From assembly GCA_965113315.1 (NCBI GenBank), contig OZ220368.1: 64,000 bases of DNA, one strand, 5' to 3'. Source of the stretch: Podarcis vaucheri. Its lineage: Eukaryota. Made by a program: the position numbers and the translations under genes. Each line of letters begins with the position of its first letter. Position 1 is the first letter of the stretch. A model generated the notes under the pieces. It did not search any database. It saw only the letters and a program-made list of their open reading frames with translations, and was not told the origin of the DNA. Shown in pieces: positions 1 to 44,500 of the stretch.

Positions 1-1708
1 TGTTCTGAATTCAGGAGCCACCTAGTGGCTGCCATGTGCAATGCCTGTAGCAGTGCAATACACTGACGGTACCAGAGTTCACCAGTCTTCATAGGTTTGG
101 GGGCACATTTGGAAACCTGACAAACTGCCCTGGGCACCATAAACACATATGAACAGCCACCCTGCAGCTGTGCATCCCACAACTATGCATGGCCACATTT
201 AACAAAATGTAGTGTTTAAAAATAAACCACAACTTGCAGAAGAATTCCTCTAGCATTACAGTAAGGCTCAGGTGCTTCATAAGACAATAGAGGACTAGGA
301 CAACATGGGACATGTTTGCTGGTCCTAGGCACTCCATCCTCCACATCAGGATTTGGGCCTGAAAAAACAAGCAAAAGTGTGGGTGCATGGGTGGTAAGTT
401 GTAAGAAAGCACAATTTGTGACATTGCACAGCATCATTTATGTTAAACTGTCAACCTTAGCTTTTCGTTCCTCAGCTTTGTAGAGCTTGAGCCAACATGA
501 GGCAGTCTGAACTCTGGACTTAAACTAGCAGGGGTTTTTTACATCATTTAATCTTCAGGTGACTAGAATCAATATGAAGTGGGAAATTGGGATATTATTG
601 GAAGATCTAGTAGTCTGTTTAAGGATGGAGTGCTCTGCTTTGCATAAAGCTTGCTTGCTGGGTTACATCTGTGGTAGAAGCCTTGGCTACTTTTGATAAA
701 GAACTTAAAATGTCACTGCAACTTCAGTTTATCCCTAACTGGTTAAGCTAAAGTAGTTGTATTTCCAGCGACTCATCATAATTTTCTCACCAAATTATCA
801 TACTTCTAAAAGTAACAGAAGGGGGGGGGGAGGCATAGCTATTACAGTTGTGCAGAGTTTCTGGCCTAGACTTTGGTGTTAAAGAAATGGGAAAGAGCAT
901 GTTTGCATCCTTTTTTTGGAAGAACTTACGCTGGTCTTGTAAGTTTTAAAGTAAATAGAGTCTACATGTAGAATTAGTTGAGGAATTACTAAATCTGCAC
1001 CAGAGGATTAGGAGAAACACTAGAATAAACGTAGGGGATATGGGGTGAGGAGAGGGAAAGAATGTTCCATTGCACAAGCAGAAATCCTTGTGCTGACAGA
1101 CTGTTCACTTAGCACTTCATTGGATTCCACCCAATATGACTAAATAAGCATTGAGCTATATTGCATATCCCTGTCAATGGCTAATGCTGGCACAAATACA
1201 TGCATGCATATCAGCTAATATACAGGGCAAACACTTTTAAATGCTACATCTGCAGCATGGAGACCAAAGTCGGGTAAGGACTTTGCAGCAGCCCCTATCT
1301 GGGGGCTTGGCTCTCAGTCAAAATAAAAATCAGGATGATCTTTAGGAAAGCCACTTTTCATTTGCAATCTTATGTTAAGATCTTCCTGAGTCAACTTTTT
1401 CTCCCTGAGCTTGTACTTGAGGAGAGATCAGGATCTGTCTTAGGCTCATTTTCTTCCCCAGTTTCTTCACTGTATGGAGAAGTAAAGAACAGAAGTGGGA
1501 GACCCCAAATTCATGATCTCACTGAGTGAAGAAATTTAAGCTTGTGCCTGAGCTCTTCCTGAGTGCATTGCTGAAGGGGTGTGGGTGGGTGTGTGTACGT
1601 TGCCTGATATGTGAACTTCATTTCTGCTTAGATCGTCCTTTGAATTTAAGAAATTGAAGCTTTCTCTAACAATATAGTAAGGAAGGTCTCTTTCCAATGT
1701 GATCCTAA

Positions 1709-7093
<5,385 letters not shown>

Positions 7094-10000
7094 CTGACAA
7101 ACTTTTTTAGAACATATTTTAATCAGGTTTCTAATGTGGCCACTTAAAACAGTTTTTCTTTTCACAAAACTGTCATTTTTTCAGACACTGTGATGAACAG
7201 AAAGTACATTTGATTGGAAGTTAAATTAGGCTGCATGAAGGACCTTTTGGATTGCATATATGAAACTCTTCAAAAGCTGCTGTCCTTTGGTCCCTTTGAA
7301 GGTGGTGTCCTGCTGCTCCTGATGTTGCACTGCTAAGGCTTTCTGATAGTATTGTGAGATAATGAACAAAATTATTTAATGCCTATTATCAGTGTAATCA
7401 TGACTCACTACTCTTGTTCTTGTGCCAAGTTATCTACTGTATCCTGTTGAATCTTCTGCATTTTCCACTGCCACAGAAAAGGGAAAAAAAAGTTTAAAAA
7501 TGAGTATTTACTCAAGCATGCTGCATGTTTACATAGGGAATATTTCTGAGTTCTCGCTGCTCAAGCAAGAAGTTAGATGTGCTTGGTTTTCTTGGCTCTC
7601 TGGAGTCAGGGAGCAAACATGCCCCAAATGCCTTTTTTCACAAAGCTCTCTTCCACCCTCCTCAAACCTGTCAATACCAGCATAATAACTTTAAACAGGA
7701 CAGCCCCCCTTTATATGTGCTTTTTTGTCATTTGCTCTCTTCACTACCGTGTTTGAGTTGTCCATTCCAACTTTAAAATATGTGATACAAATTTAAATCC
7801 GAAAGCTGAGTAGTTTTAAAATCACAACAGTTCTCTTAATTTCAGCGTGATTATATTGAAGTAAGTGGCTTCAGGATTGCCACGAAATTATATCCTGATT
7901 ATTATTTTTTAACAAGCACTTTTAACATTAGTTATTAAACATGCAGAGTGTGCATATGCTTTCAAGCTTACTGCCATGCTGTTTGTCAGCATCTCCCATC
8001 TGTTGTTTGTTTTTTTGCTTAATGCTGTCTAAACACTTGAATATTTCCTGCCTTGGCTCAAAATTCAAGATCTTAAAACACAGCAGAGTAAACCGATCCA
8101 CCAAAGTCAAATTCTCAAGAATTGTCCTCGCTTATCGCTATTACTAGAAGACCTTATTTTGTTTTCCATTTTTTTACGTACCTCTCTTACTTCTGTGTGA
8201 GTGTAAATATGATAGTGAGGAATGTTAACAGTGGAGCACATTTGCACCTCAGACGTGTAGTTAATTGTGATGGGATTTGAGGAGATGGCAAGCTGCAAGA
8301 ATGGAGACTTTGAATTTTACATAATTCTAGCAATGGATTTGGCAGCCTCTGAATGAGCTTTTGTGAGTTTGATCCATCTCAGCAGAGAGTTTGATCCATG
8401 CCCCTTATGTTACCCTAAATCAAAGATTTCCACATTTTGTCAGGGAGCTTCCTCTTCCAGTAGGCTGTTTAATTGTATTAGACTTCTTTCTTCCAGCTTT
8501 CAAGGCTTGCTCTCTATTTTATATTTTATTCTTTCCCCTTTCTTCTCAAACTTATTTTCTTTCCTTCATCCCCTAGTTTCTCTTCCAGTCCTTTTTTTAC
8601 CTGTTCTGTTAGTTACAGTGTTTAAGTGATTTCTCAAACATGCAGAATGTTTTGTAATGGAACTTTCATTGCCTGTGTGTGTATACGTGTGTTCGTTTTG
8701 GGAATGTCTTAATGCAATGTCTGGTTAATAAGTTCTGCAAGTTCTTTAGTGTTTTGAACTTGTTTTGATTTTTGCGCGGGAGTGTGTGTGTTTGAGATGG
8801 GACAAAACAAGTTCTTTCCAGCATAGCAACACTGTGGCAAATGGATGTCTGCAAATTAAGGACACATTGTTAATATTGCCTTTTAAGAACTCTACTACTG
8901 CTAACATTCTTCTCCCTTCCTCTCCCCTCTATTTTGTGAAATCCCTATCTACTAAAGAAAAAAAAATGCACAGTACTATTTTTCTTGCACAGTAATGTCC
9001 AAGCATTTAAAAATAAATAAATCTAATGGTGGCATTCCTGTTTTGCTGACATATTAGCCCTTTCTTTTTATCAGTTGCACGCTACTTTAGGCAGTCTGAC
9101 AGTCAGTTTTACTGCTTTGTTGAACTGAATGAGACAAGCTTCTCCACTTCCTTTGCATGTGTAGTTCTTTGCATGTGCAGTAACTACTGTTACTGTGGCA
9201 CTTCCCCTGAGCCAGTAGGAATAAGAGAAAAGTCATTCCCATTGCTGTTTGGAAATATTTATCTGTATAGAGCCCATCTATCTGCTCAAGGTTTTACCAT
9301 TTCTGTTCCATTTTCACTTTTGCATGATACTGCTCAGCCTTATTCTGGAGAACAGCTGAAGTTGGCATTGTGTTGTAGTAACTACAGGCTTGCCACTGAG
9401 GGCTTTAGCGATGTCACTTTCAGAAGATTATTGCTTTGCATTCAACTCGATTGCTGACATACCCTTTTCACCTAGCCCTGCTGGGTCTGAATGCTTTGAG
9501 TGTGATGGGGAATAGATTGGTGAAGATATCTAGGATAGTGGTAATCCTGTGAACTCTTGAAATGGACTTTGATTGCTGAAGAATGAAATTCCTTAGATGC
9601 TGTCTGTGTGAGATATGATTTCACTGAAGCCTAGAACACTACTACAAGAGGTGTACTTGCTTGGTGCTATTGCTACTGGCTTTGTATGACTATCCCTGTG
9701 TGGTTGCTGTGCTTATCCTGCTAGCTTGATCAGAAGCAACTGACATAAGTGACATCCAATTGCCCATTTAAAAGCACTAGGTCTCTAGAAAGCTGTTGAT
9801 TAGCCCTTTCCTCACCACCACCTCTCAAGCTGACCATTGCAATGACAGTGAAAATGCTTGAGAAGGAAAAGTTGAAAGCATAAACGTACCTATAATCAGA
9901 GCCTCAATAGGATGCCTGATGGCATTGGTCAGAATGGGAAATTGAATGGTGCAAGGTTGTCTATTGTGCAATAGTCCTGCACTTTCATGATGGATTTGCT

Positions 10001-10945
10001 CATGTGGCACCCAGAAACATATACTGGTGTGATGATGCACATTTAAGTTACGTTAGAACATCTGTTCACCTTTTTAAAAATTTGTGCAAGGTGTATGTAC
10101 GTTGGCTGTGAATTTACAGTATCTTACAGTTCCACATGGGTTTGTGCTTTTTATTTTTAAATGGAGTTTTCCCATCCCAACAATATCTGTGTTGCTTATT
10201 AATTTCCCTGAGTTTTTAAAAGTTTGATGTGGCTCAAATGAATTCCTGTTTTTAACAGGAGGTTTTTAAAAGCCCTATATTCTTTGGACTTGGTTTTCCT
10301 AAGCATTTCTGTGGTGTGATGCTACCAAGACAAACCAGTTCTTGAGGAAATTGTTTTTTAAAAGACTAACAGCTGGTTAAACTCTTAATATTAAGAAAAT
10401 TGTTTTTTGAAGTGTCTTTTGTTCTCTCATTTAAGAACTCAAGTTGCTGTAGGACGTATGTGCAAATATTGTAGAAAATTACTGTGAAAATATTTAATAC
10501 TTGAGTTAGCCTAATGTAGTTTAAATACCTTGACAAACATCATGAAACATCCCTTCAAGATTCTCTTATACTGTCACAGAATAGTGTTGAATGAAAACTG
10601 CAGAAATATCAAGATGACTTAGTAAAACTAAAATTGTTCCCCCCTCCATTATTCAGCAAGTAATCATTATCCATATGCAATTTAACCTTTAATGGCGTGA
10701 CCTAATTTGTTGTCCTCTGTTTGATGTGAGCCCTTCTACCCAGAGACTTTGTATCTGTACTTAACTGCATAAAATGACTTTAGCAATGTGGCCTTGGAAT
10801 GTTGAGAAACCTATGGTTGTACTGGATGTAAATGTTTATATATTGTACAGCACCTTTATATATACTTCTAAGGTTCTGATTAGAAAGAGACCTGTAAATC
10901 GCTCATTATTTTTTATATAGATACATTAAAAAGAGACTCTAGTTC
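7094..10945 (+). other. MAGI3: MAGI3 3'UTR (about 3.8 kb); candidate polyA signals AATAAA near 9012 and ATTAAA near 10925
   Basis: AT-rich and free of transposons downstream of the stop, with U-rich/TGTA blocks before ATTAAA. The end position is inferred. Confidence 0.6.
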
Positions 10946-11484
10946 ATGGCTTCTGGAGTACTGTACTTTATGAAACTATCACCTCTTCAGTATTTTATGC
11001 ATTAGAACAAGAGTATATAACTTTTTTTCAGGCCAAGGGCTGCATTGGCCCCAGCTAACACTGTAAACGCGGGCATGGCCATTTTTCAAAAGGGGGAGAT
11101 TTTGGAGATCACAGAACTGTTTGGTATTGCAGCATCAAATTATGTAGAGTAAGAGAAATGGTTGGGAGGGATTGCAGGGCCACAAAAAACTATTGGGCAG
11201 AGTCAGACTGTTACCCACCTGCTACATTATAACTCTAGATTGGATGTAAAAGATCATGAACAGCAGGAAGGTACAAGTTCAAAAATTCTAAAATACATAG
11301 GCTCAATAGCATTGTTCATGCTTCTGCTTGTGCAGAAACATCTCAAAGATTTAATTTTACTTTTCTCACAGCTGGAGCACAATGGAAAATTAACCTTCCA
11401 CCTGCAGCCAACACATCTCTCACAAATGGCCCTTTTACCTGTAAACACAGTGGTTGTCATCAGAAAAGAACATAGCAAAACTTC

Positions 11485-12957
11485 AGTGTTTATATTACTT
11501 GTTTTATTCGTCCAGATTACTAACATTTAGTTGGACTTGAAGAATATTGTATGACAATAAACAGTTCATACAAAGCTGTTTGTATAAACAGTATCATATA
11601 CAAAGTATATCTTGCTTAAGATGCTACAGGCAGTGCTGATTTTAAAAATATTCAACTATTCCATACATACTAGTGACAGCAACCAACCACTCAGTGATAA
11701 TTTGGTAAGCCCTTTTAGAGTTACTTCACATATTTGTATGTGGATTCAGGAATAAAATTATAGTATCACAAATAGAAAAACATAGAAATATGGGTTTGCT
11801 GCCATGTACATTCAGAAGCTGCCATGTAGGTTCTAAATATTTATGTATGGTAAACCATATATATACCATATGTGAAAATCAGTATAGAAAATTTTCTTGT
11901 GTGAAGCAGTCCACAGCCCTAATACTTACCCTACTTGGGAAGGATTGTGTGTAAAGTTCTTTAATCAATAGCCCCCTGCAGTGGGAAAATTTTCAGGTCC
12001 AACCCACTTTCCGTGCAGCTAAATGCCAGCAATGGGTGTTGTAATCTATCCCAGCAGAAATTTGGTTCTAATTGCCTCTTAAATACTGTAGAATATCTGC
12101 TCTCTCTGGAAGCATATAAACATTGCTGTATTCTCTCATGGAGAGATTGCTTTGCTTGTTCAGATCAGTCTGAGTTCACATAATGAGTTATTTGAAGAAT
12201 GCTAATCATATAAAAACTATCATCTCTCCTGGTGTGTGTGGCAGGCCTACTGTAAGCCACCTTCTGGAGCTGTTTGTGTGTTCCTAAGCAACCGCTGCAT
12301 GCCTGGAGATAAAAATCCATCACCACAAGTTGAGTATATAATTTCCTTCTCTTATAAATCAACATCAGTAGGCAAGGCCTCCAGCAGCTTCTGCTGCTAA
12401 GTCTAGTGCCATTCAAGAAAATTTTATTGGAGGCACTTTAAAGTAGGTCAAGAGCAAGCTACCAAAAGGAGGTGATTCTGCCAAAAACAAGCACTTCTCT
12501 GAACTTAGAACATAGCACCATGCTCAGCCACCTCATTTAAAAAACATGTCCCTTAACATGTTCGTAGTATGCATTAAGTTCTGTTCCCCTTACAGATGAC
12601 TTAACAGCAAGCCTTTTCAGGTCGGAAAATGACTGGCTTGATGCAGTGGTTTTGTTTATGCAACAAATATCTGTTGTATGATTTCATACTACTGCACTCC
12701 ATGGGAGCTGCAGGTTTGTCAGATAACTTTATTCTAAGAAGCCCGTTTACTAAGGTTTATTTAACCATTTCTTCAAGCCATGGCCTCACTGAGAATAAAA
12801 TTAATTTATTCTGGTCTTGATGGAATGTATGAAAAACATAAGATGTGAAGACTACTAAAATGAGAGAAGCACCTTCAAATGCCATTCCAAGCCCATGCAG
12901 GACTGCTGATAACTCTTGTGGCACTGGACAGGGGCCCAAGCTTCTTTCTTCTTCAAC
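11485..12957 (-). other. PHTF1: PHTF1 3'UTR; polyA signal AATAAA (tttatt at 11503-11508)
   Basis: Lies downstream of the stop on the - strand. The end is inferred from the signal. Confidence 0.55.
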
Positions 12958-38665
<25,708 letters not shown>

Positions 38666-39269
38666 CTGGCATCTCCAAAATCAATAATCAAATTACCTGA
38701 ATAAAACAAAGAGAGCTCATTATCCAAGCCTAGGATCTTAAGCATCATCCAGGCGACAACCTGAGGGTGGCATCAGAAGCCGGTGCCCTTGGCCAACTTG
38801 GTCCAAGGCCAGCCAAGAACAGTCCAGCTGGGCTGGTGGCTCTAATCTTTTCTGTTGCATAAACGATATGCAGGTGTTGCTTTTAGAAGAACAACAGATT
38901 GTTTTAATTTTCCAACCCGTTTTAAATCACAATCCTCCCGGGTTGCTACTGCTTGTATTTTTAACGGAAAACTTAAAAACTTTTACGGATGGATTCGGTT
39001 TAGGAATCACCGCCATGATGGCACAGGGATGCTCCGGTGCAAACAAAAAAAACTTCTTCTCGGGAGGGTTTTGAGATGCGCATTCCCGAGACAATATTGA
39101 GAATTAATCAGGTTGCTGCGCATTCCCGAGCCAATATTGAGAATCGATCAGGTTGCGACGCAGCCCTTCCCAGCCTTTTCTTCCCCTTTGCACGCGGAGA
39201 GCCGCAATCTTCAGCCAACCCAACCACTCCTCTGTTTAAAACCTCTTTTTTCCACACGCGGCTGCAGAG

Positions 39270-39900
39270 CTCCCTTTTTCCTCTTCTCCATCCCTCCTTC
39301 GCCTCAGCTCGTCGACGCCCAGCCCTATCCCCCCCCCGCATCCCTTCCCTGCCCCTCCGAGCCTCACCCTTTACCCCACCCCGCAACACACTCACTCTGC
39401 CTCTCTCCTACCCCAGGAGCCCGCAGCCGCCCGTTTCCACCCTAATCCCGCGGTCCTCCGCCCGCCGAGGCCTAGCGCTTGCCCTCCGCCGCTCAGTGGC
39501 TTCTCACCGTTACCATGGAAACGCGGAGCGGCGCCTCCAGGGGAGAGACCAGGCTCCCGGCCCGATCGGGGGAAAGGCCGCAGCCGACATCTTTGCTCAG
39601 GGCGAGGCAGCGCCAGCCGAGCGCTGCTGCCCCGCCCCCGCTGATCTTCTCTTCGCCGTTCGGCGAAAGGGACGTCGGCAGCAAGGCAGCGACAGCCGAA
39701 CGCCGAATCCAGGATCAGCAGACGCGGGCGAGGGGGGGGGAGAGCGCAAAGTTGTGCGTTAAATGCAAGAGGGGCGAATGGCCCCGTGACAGCGGGGAAA
39801 GGAGGGGCAGTGGGGCACTGGCCAGTTGGGGGGGGGGTAGGGAGCGAGATAAAGGAAGCGGAGTCAACATCTGGACTCCGCCAGGTTCCTTGTTGGTGCA
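39270..39900 (-). promoter_or_regulatory. PHTF1: PHTF1 CpG-island promoter and non-coding first exon
   Basis: Sharp GC/CpG enrichment about 0.6-1.2 kb upstream of the ATG exon. GC box CCCGCCCC near 39631. Candidate donors gtgaga (exon end 39508) and gtgagg (near 39368). Confidence 0.8.
39509..39522. promoter_or_regulatory. RFX X-box GTTACCATGGAAAC
   Basis: Exact fit to the palindromic X-box consensus GTTNCCATGGNAAC inside the CpG island. Confidence 0.65.
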
Positions 39901-40062
39901 CAGCACAAATTAGTTATACATGCAGATGTAGTAAGTTACTCATCATCAGTTGTCTGCATCAAAAAAAAAAAAAGTTGATCTGTTAACTTAAATACCACTC
40001 TGTAATTGCAAAAAAGTTGTAGCTGTTGACATTCTGATGGGTTTTTAAAAAATGTATTTACT

Positions 40063-40298
40063 GTAAAGGTAAAGGGACCCCTGACCATTAGGTCCAGTTG
40101 TGGCCGACTCTGGGGTTGCGGCGCTCATCTCGCTTTACTGGCCAAGGGAGCCGGCGTACAGCTTCCAGGTCATGTGGCCAGCATGACTAAGCCGCTTCTG
40201 GCGAACCAGAGCAGTGCACAGAAATGCTGTTTACCTTCCCGCCAGAGCAGTACCTATTTATCTACTTGCACTTTGACATGCTTTCGAACTGCTAGGTT
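40063..40298 (-). mobile_element. Sauria SINE, 5'-truncated
   Basis: Near-identical to 25636-25863. Confidence 0.9.
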
Positions 40299-40574
40299 GT
40301 ACTTAGAAGCAAACAGTGCTTGCATGTAGCGGCCGGGGAAAATATCTGCGTCATAGGCACATGGCTCTTAGTTCCACAGCCCTAAGCAGCCCATCCTGTA
40401 AGCATTTACATGACTACTTCGTATCTAACCCAGTGCTGCACCTCTGACAAATCTCCGTTTTGGCAAATAGGACTCTGAAGATCATGCAAGCACAGCTGTT
40501 ATAAGCGCCTGACCAATGCAGTTGATCAGACTACGTGAGATTTTTTTAAACCAATCCCTACAGTAGCTCTATAC

Positions 40575-40853
40575 CAGGGGTCTGCAACCTTTAAGACAAA
40601 AAGAGCCACTTGGACCCGTTTCCGAAGAAAAAAAAACTGGGAGCCACAAAACCGGGAAGGTGACGTCGGGATGGTGCATGACTAACGCACGCACCGCCCC
40701 CATGTGACATCACAGCCAGTACAGCGCCCGCCACAGTGGGGAGTGTCGGGGTGCACAATGCGCCTCCTCCCCTCGCTAGTATCCACCCCGGAGCTGCGGC
40801 AAAGGTGTAAAAGAGCCACATGCGGCTCCGGAGCCGCGGGTTGCAGACCCCTG
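40575..40853. mobile_element. hAT-type MITE
   Basis: TIR CAGGGGTCTGCAACC...GGTTGCAGACCCCTG; perfect 8-bp TSD CTCTATAC. Confidence 0.9.
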
Positions 40854-41569
40854 CTCTATACGTTCCATATAGGCTCCTCAATGCTGTTCCTGGCACTGCT
40901 TTCGGCTTAAGGGTTGCACACAGGTAATCTGGAAAGTTCACCTCTTTAGCAGTGTTGAGGCAGGTGGACAGTTCCATTCCTCCACTGGCAGGTGTAGATA
41001 GCACAGGTCATGATTTCCCCTGTAGTAAGCGGGAAGCGTAAAGGGTAGAGACACTTTAACTACTGCATTATCTCTTGCGCTTTAAATGTATACAGTATAG
41101 GAAGATTGCAAGGTTGTGATGACCATTATATTCCTTCCCCCCCCCAAAAAAAAGCCACATTGAAAAGCAAACATTGTGCTCTTCAGATTTATATAAAAAA
41201 ATTGAATGTGTCAAATGTACCTACATCTCATCACAGAAAGATTCAGCTGTATTTACCCTACCCTCCCATATTGCTTGTTTCCAATATGACTGTCAGTGGA
41301 ACAATCTAGTTCAGGACTAATTTGCAGCCAGTAATAAGTTCTAAAGTATAATGGTTTATTCCACCCTGTCAGCACCAGTTTTAGGTTCCCCTGCACAGGG
41401 CGCTGAGCCAAGGGGAGAAAAATTGAGCAGATCTGCAGCTGAGAAGATTCACTTGGGGACACCAAATTTTGGGCTCACACAAGGCACCATATTACAAAAG
41501 ATTATCAAAGTCCATCCCTGCCCCTGGCCCAATATTCTAACAGTCTTTCTGCCAAACAGCAGTTTTCAT

Positions 41570-44500
41570 TAAGGACAAATCAGACTTCTGTTTATTAAAA
41601 AAATACTTTACAGGGGGAAAATCTATGCATTCCATTGTACTATTTGTTTGTTTTACAAAGAAATAACTTTAACAGTTTGATACGCTTGTACAGTCAGCTA
41701 CTAAAAGAAATGCACTGCGTTAGAGGATTATTCACAGAGAGGCTTAAAATTTTCCCATCAGTTTACACTATTATAAAAACCTCTTTAAAACACTTGCTAA
41801 ATGTCAATAAATATACTAAGGCCACACAAAGCCAAAAAAGAAAAAGAAAAAACAGTCTTCCAGACAATTGTACATATCCTCTATATGCAAAGACCTTAGA
41901 TATATTAAAACCACAGAAAAATATCTTGGCTGCCAATCAAAACTGAATTTAATCACAAAACACTACACAAATCTATTTTATACAACATGTAAAGATAAGT
42001 ATTTGCTTAGACAGAATTGAAAGTGCTATATTAAGAGAAGCCCCTTCTCAACTACATGTGCTGTTGGGTCCTAAAACTATTATGTATATCAATGGAAGGC
42101 CATAACATTATTGGAAAGTTGTTTATTGGACCAACATAAAATTTATCTACAGTACAAAGCTTTCAGGAACTGAAGCAACCCCACTCATAGCAACCTTCAA
42201 ACACAACCAATATGGCTATAAATACTCAGCATTTATAAAAGAATTGAGAGTGCAATCCTGCCAACATTAAACACATTTAGTTTCACAGATTCCAATGGAA
42301 AGTCCAGCTTATCTCCCAATTAAAAAAAAAAAATCAAAGGAACTTAAAAGTGCTTAACCTTGGCTAGATTGTGCCCCAGGTGAAAAGAGCTTACTGCTCA
42401 TAATATAGTCAAGCATGTGAATGGCAGCATGAGAAAACATTTATGTCCATCCATAGGCTCTTAGCAGTAAATGAACTCTCCCATCTCTTGACAAGCAGCT
42501 ACATCCTCACATGTAGGAAAACTACCAACAAAACAAGAGCCCTTTTACTGTTTGGGAAAATCTGTCTGATAAATGTAAGTGTCCCTTAAATATAAAGAAC
42601 CCTGCACATGTTCCATCTTCATGGAAGAGAACATGTCAGTTATTTACAAAATATATTTTTGCTCATAAATATTTGGGGTGGGGTGTGAAATGCCTATTCC
42701 ACTTATTTCTTAATCTTACTTTTGCTGCTTTGCTAAATGGATCAGTGGCCCAGTACAACCATTCACTGAACACAAATTAATGTTGTTCTTTGGTCCTTAA
42801 AGAACAGTGGGATATTTATTCAACATGGATTCAGAAACTTTAGACAAGAACCGTATTTGTGAAACTGCTAGTAGATAGCAGATTCTTTACAGTTTTGAGA
42901 CAATATATATCAAAGAATAACTGGTTTTCAGTTATAGAAATTGGACAGAGAAAAGTCTTCCCAGCTGGAAAATTACCTGTAATAAATAAATCTAAAGATA
43001 ATTCTGCCTTTGAACTCCTTTTCCACTTTGTAACTAAGTTTTACTCAAGAGTAGACCTTAGAAATTACTGTTATGTTCATTAATTTCAGTGGGCCTACTC
43101 CAAGTAAAACATAGCTCTATAGTTTATAACATTGCATTTCTTGTTAAGCGAATTTTATTTGCACATCTTGGCATTCAATAATCAAGTTGGCATCAGAAAT
43201 TTCTGAACAATGCAAGATGTTACTTTTCCCAGTATCTTCCTGCAAGTTCACTTCTAAAAATACCTTATTTCTCTGAGAGCTAAAGGTTATATGTTCACCA
43301 AATAAAGAGTTATTTGGATAATATGAACTCAGTCATCTGTCACTCCTATTTTTCAGGTTCGTAGTAGTCATCATTGTTCTTATTGCAAATGTTTAAACTA
43401 GCCTTCCTTTGCCCAAATCAGGTAAATTTATCACCATGCTAATCCTACATGGCATGTCTCTTATTTAAAAAAGGGAGACCAAGGCAGAGATCCTGAGGGC
43501 CATACATGCACTGTGTGGAGCAGCCTGTTCTCCCACTGCAGCCCCTCATTCCCCCAGAAATTGGAGACTATCTAGAATATAGTCCAAAGCTTCAGCAGCG
43601 AAATCAACAAAGTCTCAGTGTGTGAACAGAACTCTTTGGTACTTGACCCTAGAATTTAGAAGTAATGACAATTTGTGCTTCTGAACCATTTTGAAAAGTA
43701 TTTTTGTAAAAGATAATGGGTTGGATCCAGACTTGTTCCTCTGACAGCTGAAGGAAACTAGAATAAAGAGCACTGGAGGAAGAAGGGCATTTTTTCCTTC
43801 ACCACCTCCCACATTGTTCCAGAGGGTCTCCCTGTCTTCCAGAGAAAATTTTCAGGGGGCTACAGTAGGAAGATGGCATTGGTGTAAATCACCTCCCTGC
43901 CCCCCCTCTACCCTGCTTCCTCCAGCACAAGAAGAACCCAGTGGAGCATTAATTCTCAATCCAAACCAATATAGTTAAAATGAAATTAAGATAAGTGAAC
44001 ATGACAGAAAGAATTATCTTTAAATGTCTGAAATATATTCAAAATGCTACTACATACAACACAGCATAATTCAACACTAACATATTGAACTGGAAAAGCA
44101 CAGAACATCATTCCAAGATTCTCCATCTCCATTGGGTGCAGAGAGACATAAGAGGCCATGAAAGATTGATCCATATTCCTTTTGCAGGGTATAAATCCAT
44201 TTGAAAGCAACCTTCTGTTGTACTTTATGCCCACTGCTATAATTTAATGTGTACAAAAAACTTTTTATGAATGGTATTGAAATAACTTTTACTCTGAGTA
44301 GACCCACTGAAATTCATGAACATAACTAAGTTAACCCCATTAATTTTAATGGGTCTACTCTAGGTGGGATTCACCTGACAAGTCTCATCAGACTTCTGCT
44401 TGCGCAACAGGACTTCCCTCCCATGCCCACCCAAATTGGCTCAGAGATCTGGAATACCCCTAGAACAGGACATAGGGAAGATAAGTGGAGTCATTCTGTC

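Noticed and set aside
39037-39986. Several long overlapping ORFs (241, 169 and 144 aa)
   Set aside because: They result from the stop-poor GC-rich CpG island; low-complexity Pro/Arg/Ala content and no recognisable protein
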